Positions 56,684-64,000 of a stretch of 64,000 nucleotides of DNA are shown piece after piece. The position numbers and the translations under genes were made by a program. The DNA comes from an uncultured Phycisphaerales bacterium (lineage in GTDB: Bacteria; Planctomycetota; Phycisphaerae; Tepidisphaerales; Tepidisphaeraceae), in NCBI GenBank assembly GCA_963755915.1, contig CAVWLP010000002.1:4944363-5008362 (forward strand), in the 5' to 3' direction. A model generated the notes under the pieces. It made no database searches, had not been told where the DNA came from, and saw only the letters and a program-made list of their open reading frames with translations. How positions within the stretch are numbered: the first letter of the stretch is position 1; the number at the start of each line of letters is the position of its first letter.

Positions 56684-57247
56684 TTGCGACATCGACTGCT
56701 CGATCTGATGGACGGCCAAACGGTGCTCTCGGGGGCGATTCCGGGACGGCGGCTGTTGAGCGCGCTGATCGCGGCGACACCGTCGGCGGAGACGCCGGTT
56801 CCAGCGTTTCTCGATTTCAGCGGTGTCGAGGTCGCAACGGCGTCGTTCCTCCGCGAGTCGGTGATCGGCTTTCGCGACTATGCTCGGCTGTCGCTACCGA
56901 ACATCTACCCCGTTGTCGCCAACCTTGCCGCCGCTGTCGCCGAGGAGCTCGACTTCTTCGTCCGCGCGCGGGGCGACGTGCTTTGGAGTTGCGACCTCGA
57001 TCCCGAGGATGAGGTCGTCGCGGCGCGCCTGATCGGCGATCTCGATCCCGCCCAGCGGGCTACATTCGATGCGGTGCAGGAACTTGGCGCGATCTCAGCG
57101 CCCGAACTCGCTACCCGTTTCGCCGATCAGCATATCGGGCCGACCGCCTGGAACAATCGGTTGTCGGCGCTGGCGAGCAAAGGCCTGCTGATCAAACGGC
57201 GGCAAGGCAAGTCCAAGTCGTTCAGTCCCCTTTTGGAGATTGCCTGA
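56684..57247 (+). CDS. STAS-like (DUF4325-like) domain + C-terminal winged-helix protein
   Basis: GAGGAGG RBS before TTG; 'LDFSGVEVATASFLRE' is STAS-like; 'ISAPELA...TAWNNRLSALASKGLLIKRRQGK' is a wHTH. Confidence 0.7.
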   Translation: MRHRLLDLMDGQTVLSGAIPGRRLLSALIAATPSAETPVPAFLDFSGVEVATASFLRESVIGFRDYARLSLPNIYPVVANLAAAVAEELDFFVRARGDVLWSCDLDPEDEVVAARLIGDLDPAQRATFDAVQELGAISAPELATRFADQHIGPTAWNNRLSALASKGLLIKRRQGKSKSFSPLLEIA

Positions 57248-57597
57248 TGGGCCTCGATTACATTCGGGCCCAGACGGGCAAGCCGTGGCGCAAACGCTGG
57301 GATGGCGGTCTCGACCGCCTCAAGGCCCCGACACTTCTGGATCTGACGCTGTCGGAGGCGTCGCGGGTGGTGACGGCGCAGCTCGATCCCGCCGCGCGCG
57401 TGAAGGCTGGTGACACGCTGATTATCCAGAGCGCCGGCGACGGCCTGGTCGTCAGTGACGGTTTGCGGTCAATCGGGCGCATCGCAAATTCCACGTCCGA
57501 GATGACCAGGGCTGTGCGCGACAGCGGCGGCTACGCGCGAGGTGAACTCCGGCGCGTTGGACTGTTCGGCGACACCGCGGAGATCGTCGTGAAATGA
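57247..57597 (+). CDS. hypothetical protein (possible HIRAN-like beta-barrel)
   Basis: TGATG coupling to the upstream gene; beta-rich 'VKAGDTLII...IGRI...ARGELRRV...AEIVVK'. Confidence 0.6.
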   Translation: MGLDYIRAQTGKPWRKRWDGGLDRLKAPTLLDLTLSEASRVVTAQLDPAARVKAGDTLIIQSAGDGLVVSDGLRSIGRIANSTSEMTRAVRDSGGYARGELRRVGLFGDTAEIVVK

Positions 57598-58283
57598 ACC
57601 GCCGGCCCGCACACGAACCCTCGCGTCAATTCCGGCAGCCACAGCGGCTGTGGGACGATGCGACGCGCCATGCGCCGTCGCTCGGCTGCCCGACTTGTCT
57701 CGAGCGTGATCGTTGCGGCGGCGTCCATACCGACGCCGGCATCCTCGACTGCGGCGATCTCTGCACCTGTGCGGACAGAACCGAGTGTGACATGGTCTGC
57801 CAGTTCAACCCCGGCCAGTTCGTGGCCCGAATGCAGGAAGTCGGCGGGCTCAACTTCAACAATGCGCCACGCACAAGCGCAAACGGCGTGCCGACGCTTC
57901 CTCTCGTCGTGCCGTTCGTCGATCATCGTTACGGCCGCGCTGCTATCCTTGATGCCCGTCGTCGCGGTGTCGCTCTACGAGCTGGTTAATATGGCGACCG
58001 GCAGGGTCCACGTCGCCTCGCGCGCGGAGCTCGCGGCGCGGTTCCTGATCCCCGAAGGCGCGCAGGTCGCGGTCAGCGGTGTCGACAAAGACGGGCCGAT
58101 CGAACGTTGGTGGGAGCTCAAAGACCGCCGCTCGATTCTGGCGGCGCTGAAGGACCTCGGCGTCGCGCTTATCACCACGCCGAACTACAGCGTACTGACC
58201 GACGTGCCGCGCACTGACTACCTCCATGCGATGAAGCGGATCCTGCTGGCCTGGACCGAGATGGCCTCGGCGGGGGTGGCGAC
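57594..58283 (+). CDS. Cys-rich N-domain + DUF4417-like protein (frameshift near 57955; 3'-truncated)
   Basis: ATGA coupling; 8-Cys cluster; 'LITTPNYSVLTDVPR' resembles the DUF4417 TPDFS..D.P motif; broken at TGTCACACG (58284). Confidence 0.55.
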
Positions 58284-58317
58284 TGTCACACGACATCTTG
58301 GAGTGAGAATCCGGACT

Positions 58318-58855
58318 TCGGCGCTTGAAAGCGCCTCACAATCCAGGCGCGCGCATCGTCGATGTCAAATGATCGGCATTGCACTTGCTGAGAAACGCCA
58401 ACATACAAGTCGTCGTGATCGACGAGGTGCATAACATTCTCGCCGGCTCCCATCGCGAGCAACGGACGATGTTGAATATGCTGAGGTACATCAGCAACGA
58501 CCTCAGCGCCTCGCTCGTCTGCTTTGGCGTGATGGAGGCGCGAGAGGCTTTGCAGGGAGACGCCCAGCTCGCGCGTCGGTTCGACTTTTTGACAATGCCG
58601 CGCTGGTCCGCCGACGACACATTCGAAGAGCTCGTACGCGCTATCCTCCGCAATCAACCGTTGCGCGAAAAGAGCGTTCTGACCGCAAAGGCTTTGCGAC
58701 ATATTTTCCTGTCGGCGGACGGCGTGACCGCGCGTATTTTTCGCATGATGAACACTTTGGCGATCGCCGCCGTCGAAGGCGGCGTCGAAAAAATCACGGA
58801 TGAAGCGGTTCTCGCCTGGACACCCATGATCAGCGGCGAGGGAGCCTTTGTATGA
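58318..58855 (+). pseudogene. tniB: TniB (TnsC-like ATPase) C-terminal half
   Basis: Walker B VVVIDEVHNILAG, DAQLARRF; in-frame TGA near 58370. Confidence 0.85.
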
Positions 58856-59365
58856 TAGAGGCCGCGAGCGATCTGAGACGTGGGTTGCCCATCGTCGTCA
58901 ACCCCATTGCCGACGAAGTTCTTTCCTCTTGGCTCACGAGAATCGCGCAGGACTATTTTGTCCCGCCGCGCAGCCTTCTGACCCACATGGGCCTGTCCGT
59001 GCCTCGGTGGAAAGACTGGACGTCTCGCTCACCTTCGGACAGGCGATTGCCATTAGCGGCTTCGTTCATCGACCACCGGACGCCATCCTTGAAAGGCATC
59101 AAGAATTTGCCCGTAAAAGCGCCGCTCGCCAGGCCGTATTGTAAATTTTCTCGGACGAACGCCCGTCCTACCCTTGACCATCCGAGTGGCAACTCTTGCC
59201 GCCCTCGCCACCGTGATGGCCGACCCGATCACGCAATTGTCAAAGCTCCGGCAGTCGCGCGCCTTCGGTCCGCAGTTTGACAGGGTGCTCGAACAGGATC
59301 CAATCGTAACGCCCTCAGCGTTATTCGTCGACAGTTTATCTGATAATTTTCGACATCTTACCTGA
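58852..59365 (+). pseudogene. tniQ: TniQ-like gene, degenerate and internally deleted
   Basis: LPIVVNPIADEVLSSWLTRIA is the TniQ N-terminal signature; coupled to the tniB stop; no zinc-finger region remains. Confidence 0.75.
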
Positions 59366-59388
59366 TAATATTATCAGGTAAGATGTCG
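59351..59388. repeat. perfect 38-bp palindrome
   Basis: CGACATCTTACCTGATAAT|ATTATCAGGTAAGATGTCG; a related half-site CGACAGTTTATCTGATAAT lies at 59329. Confidence 0.9.
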
Positions 59389-59678
59389 TCATCTGCAGGG
59401 CTAGAACCGGCGTTCGATGTTGGCCGGTGTCGGCATCGACGCCGGGCGGATGATCGGTACAGAATTTCCGCATCAACATCGTTTTCCCCATTCCGGAGTC
59501 GCCAAAAATTGCGATCGAGGGCATTCGCGTTGTGCGCGGGTGGTCGAGGATCTGCTCGAGGAGCTGAATAGCCTTCTGAACCCTGGGGTGGCTAACCCAG
59601 CGCTCCGACCGTGTCGCGCGTATCCGCTGATGGGAGGGAAGACCGAGGAGCTCTGACATGCGACGCGCTCTCGGTCAT
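59389..59678 (-). pseudogene. tniB: TniB N-terminal half (opposite strand to the C-terminal half)
   Basis: RWVSHP...RMPSIAIFGDSGMGKT (Walker A)...PVLALQM. Confidence 0.85.
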
Positions 59679-60707
59679 GATTCGCCCCTACTCTTCCCCA
59701 GGAACGGGTGTGGATGAATCGACGCCCTTTAGTTAGCGATTCCAAGCCCAAATCGTCCCCGGATTTTTTTGGCAGAGGCAAGTACTTTTTGTTCGCTTCG
59801 TGTGTCAGGCGCTTGGCGCGCTCGATCAGACTGCGCTTGCCAGCGATACGACGAAGGGTCGCTCCTGTATCCCGCTCGGAACGGGCCGAGCGGCCCAGCT
59901 CTCGCTGTTGATTGTGCCACTCGTGGAGCGACACAGGCGGCCAGGTAAGATTTTTCCACTTCGCCACCACGAAATGTCCCGATGACCGGCCCACAAAGAC
60001 TCGCGAGATATCGCGCGGATCGTACTTAACGAGAACATCGCGGCCCGCTCGGCCGAGGTCGCTCGCCAATGCCCCATGCCAATACTTAAGGCCCCCGCCA
60101 AACATATGGACGCCATCGGGCCTAAGCTTTCGGCGCGCTTCCGGCAGGAACGAAACCCAAAACGCCATTCGGTCTTTCGGCATCCGCAGCAGCGTGGCGG
60201 CGATGGCCTCGCGCCAAATGGCAATGGGCGGGCGCTGCAATCCGCTATGAATACGTTGGTGATAGCCCTCGACAATCTCAATGGCGAAATAGGTTTCATG
60301 CTCATGCAGGGTTAACCCTGCGGATTTTGAGGGGACCTGACGTCCGCGCTCGACAATGTTGCTAAAGGTCGCCCCGGGCAAGACATGCACGTCCTTCATC
60401 ATCGTGCCCATGAGGCGCTCGATGTGGCCGCCGTAACGAGCCTTCCCCGGAGGCCGGAACTCGACCCGGACGCCCTCATTCTCGCAGGCGCGTTGAAAGG
60501 CGGCGCTCCTGAAGTCCGCGCCGTTGTCGACGCCAATTCGTTCGGGTAACCCGACGACGGGCAATTCCTCGACAACGCCGTGCTCGGGGAGCCACGCCGT
60601 CTTATCGAAAGTGGCCCTCAGCATACAAAGCCCATTCGACAATCGCGAAGGCTCTGACATGGAAAGTTCGAATCCCGTCACCATTCGCGAAAATACGTCT
60701 ATCGCTA

Positions 60708-61887
60708 GTCACCTGGAACTGAAGTTAGTCTCATTGTAGAGTGTCGCTTTCACTGGGAGTGGAGGCGAGGTCATGGCGAACGCGACGGGCCGTCGAACGG
60801 CTCCGATAATCCTGAGCTCGGAAGAGCGGTCGTATCTTGAACGCCAGGTTCGCCGGCGCCGGGTTGCGCGATCGCTTTCGGAGCGATGCCACGTCATCCT
60901 GAGATGCGCCGATGGCTTGCTGAGCAAATCTGTCGCCGATGAACTCGGGCTCCACGAGCACACCGTCGGGAAGTGGCGTCGGCAATTCTTGGCGGATCGC
61001 GTCGAAGGCCTGCTGGACGAGGCTCGCCCAGGAAGACCGAGAACAATCGACGACGATCAGGTGGCCGCCGTAATCGAGCGCACGCTGCGCTCGACGCCGA
61101 AGGATGCGACGCATTGGTCGATCCGTTCGATGGCGGCGCAGGCCGGGTTTTCGCACACGACGATACGACGGATTTGGCGCGCTTTCGGCTTGCAGCCCCA
61201 TCGATCCGAGACGTTCAAGCTTTCCAGCGATCCGTTGTTTGTCGACAAGGTGCGCGACATCGTCGGGCTATACCTTTCGCCGCCCAATCGCGTGTTGGTG
61301 CTGAGCGTCGACGAGAAGAGCCAGATTCAGGCGCTCGACCGCGAGCAGCCGGTTCTGCCGATGATGCCCGGCATCCCCGAGCGCCGCACCCATTCCTATG
61401 TCCGCCACGGAACGACGTCGCTGTTCGCCGCTCTCGACACAGCCTCCGGCTTCGTCATCGGCAAGCGCTACAAACGCCATAGGGCGGCCGAGTTCCTGGA
61501 TTTCTTGAAGCAGATCGACGTCGGCGTCCCCGAGGGGCTCGACGTCCACATCATCATGGACAATTACGCCACCCATAAAACGGCGGCGATCAAGGCCTGG
61601 CTGGCGCGGCGGCCGAACTACCATGTGCACTTCACGCCAACATCAGCTTCCTGGATCAATCAGGTCGAGCGGTGGTTCGCAGAGCTGACCAGAAAGCAGC
61701 TCCGGCGCGGCGTCCATACTTCGATAAAGCAATTGGAGGCCGACATCCATTCCTTCATCGAGCGCCACAACGAAAATCCAAAGCCCTATCGTTGGACCAA
61801 ATCCGCCGACGAAATCCTCGCCTCTGTCAAACGCTTCTGCCAAAAGACCGAGCAGACGTTATGCAGCGAATTTTAAATTCAGGTGAC
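60708..61887 (+). mobile_element. IS630-family element with TA target duplication
   Basis: TIRs GTCACCTG.../...CAGGTGAC flanked by TA (60706-7, 61888-9); excision restores the tniA frame. Confidence 0.92.
60773..61876 (+). CDS. IS630 transposase
   Basis: SVDEKSQIQAL, YVRHGT, IMDNYATHK, SASWINQVERWF. Confidence 0.95.
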   Translation: MANATGRRTAPIILSSEERSYLERQVRRRRVARSLSERCHVILRCADGLLSKSVADELGLHEHTVGKWRRQFLADRVEGLLDEARPGRPRTIDDDQVAAVIERTLRSTPKDATHWSIRSMAAQAGFSHTTIRRIWRAFGLQPHRSETFKLSSDPLFVDKVRDIVGLYLSPPNRVLVLSVDEKSQIQALDREQPVLPMMPGIPERRTHSYVRHGTTSLFAALDTASGFVIGKRYKRHRAAEFLDFLKQIDVGVPEGLDVHIIMDNYATHKTAAIKAWLARRPNYHVHFTPTSASWINQVERWFAELTRKQLRRGVHTSIKQLEADIHSFIERHNENPKPYRWTKSADEILASVKRFCQKTEQTLCSEF

Positions 61888-62171
61888 TAGGGTTAAATAC
61901 GGACGCCCCGGCAATGCCTTTCGATTGTCTTCATCAACCACCACCACGTCGACTTTGGTGTGATCGATCTGCACGATTTCCAGCGGTCTTGTCGCGATAA
62001 GCTTGCCCGGCGTCGGCAATGTGGCCTTGACGCCTTTTGTGTCCATGCGCCTCAGCGCTCGCGTTCTCTCGGGGATCGCCCGAACACGCGCGCGAACAGT
62101 ACGCCAATCCGGAAGTTCCAGCCCCGCGCTGGTGAACCGCTCCGGCTTTGCCGGAGGCCATTTTGTTTGAG

Positions 62172-63403
<1,232 letters not shown>

Positions 63404-63594
63404 CGCTCCACCTTCTCAAGGTTCGGAGCCTCCGGCAAACTCGGGGCGGTTCAGCCTTCCATAGTCTTCTCACCAATCCGGTCCTCGCCAGAAAACACGC
63501 CAAGACGAACTTGCGGGTACGCAACGCAATGGGGACGCGACCGGCTTTCGTCCGAGAACTCCCGGGTCTGAATTTCATGCTGCTGCTGCTGAGT

Positions 63595-64000
63595 TCACTC
63601 AAGATTGGTATGGCGTGCCCGCATTGCCTCGGTGTCGACCTTGAGCAAGTCCTTCAGCTTGAGAACCATTATCTCGAACAGCACGAACAGGCAGCCCTCG
63701 TAAAGCGAGCCCATCGGCAGAACCGAGGTCTTTGCGCCGCCTCCATCGTCCGCCATGGTCTGCGCTGGCAGCACCAGAACCCGGTCCGCGAACTTCGCTC
63801 CTCTTCCCGCCGGCTGGGCAGTGATGAAAAGGATGGTGGCGCCCGCCTTCTTAGCCACATCGAGCAAGGCGAGCGCAGTTGAGATCTCGCCTGGCCCGAC
63901 CGTCACAAGGAACAGGTCGCCCTTGCCGATAGCCGGCGTCGTCATGTCGCCAACCACGGAGGCTTGCAGCCCCATATGGAACAGGCGCATCGCGAGGCCG
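63595..64000 (-). CDS. hxlB: SIS-domain 6-phospho-3-hexuloisomerase-like protein (5' partial)
   Basis: MRLFHMG...VGDMTTP...[19 protein letters not shown]. Confidence 0.8.
   Translation of the reverse strand, partial: GLAMRLFHMGLQASVVGDMTTPAIGKGDLFLVTVGPGEISTALALLDVAKKAGATILFITAQPAGRGAKFADRVLVLPAQTMADDGGGAKTSVLPMGSLYEGCLFVLFEIMVLKLKDLLKVDTEAMRARHTNLE

Larger units (their letters stand above)
59688..62132 (-). pseudogene. tniA: TniA (TnsB/Mu-like DDE transposase), interrupted by IS630 and 5'-truncated by IS3
   Basis: VQIDHT, PYLTLAIDVFSR (after removing IS630), VDNGADF, GHIERLMG, YDPRDISRV. Confidence 0.88.

Noticed and set aside
58284-62132. CRISPR-associated transposon (tniQ present)
   Set aside because: No cas gene or array in the window, and the tni genes are fragmented.

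Overview
The window is a mosaic of three unrelated segments, probably concatenated contigs or reads. (1) 1-~45,727 is GC-rich chromosomal DNA with Planctomycetota-like gene content: TIGR03790, DUF1800/DUF1501, PEP-CTERM, prfA, recQ, sdhB, mqnD, sppA, prkA/DUF444, Anbu, HDOD-GGDEF and a MIT+AAA Vps4-like ATPase. Many single-base frameshifts in conserved genes look like long-read errors. (2) ~45,728-~50,933 is an abruptly AT-rich segment resembling host-associated bacteria such as Dependentiae/TM6 (an inference), with an alpha/beta hydrolase, a DUF2608-like HAD protein and a Q/A/T-rich coiled-coil protein. (3) ~50,934-64,000 is a GC-rich, Alphaproteobacteria-like mobile region. It holds nested IS3/IS21/IS110 elements, an AbiE (DUF6088/AbiEii) type IV toxin-antitoxin pair with tandem palindromic operators, and a divergent uncharacterised three-gene operon (STAS-like+wHTH, HIRAN-like, Cys-rich+DUF4417-like). 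It also holds a scrambled tniA/tniB/tniQ transposon interrupted by IS630 and IS3, and a partial hxlB. Best candidates for new biology are the three-gene operon at 56,684-58,283, the operator-controlled membrane-protein operon facing the Vps4-like ATPase (7,897-11,717), a 272-bp multi-stem inverted-repeat element (43,668-43,939) and a toxin-less YD-repeat PEP-CTERM protein. No rRNA, tRNA or CRISPR array was seen. All family calls come from motif recognition by eye, not database searches.
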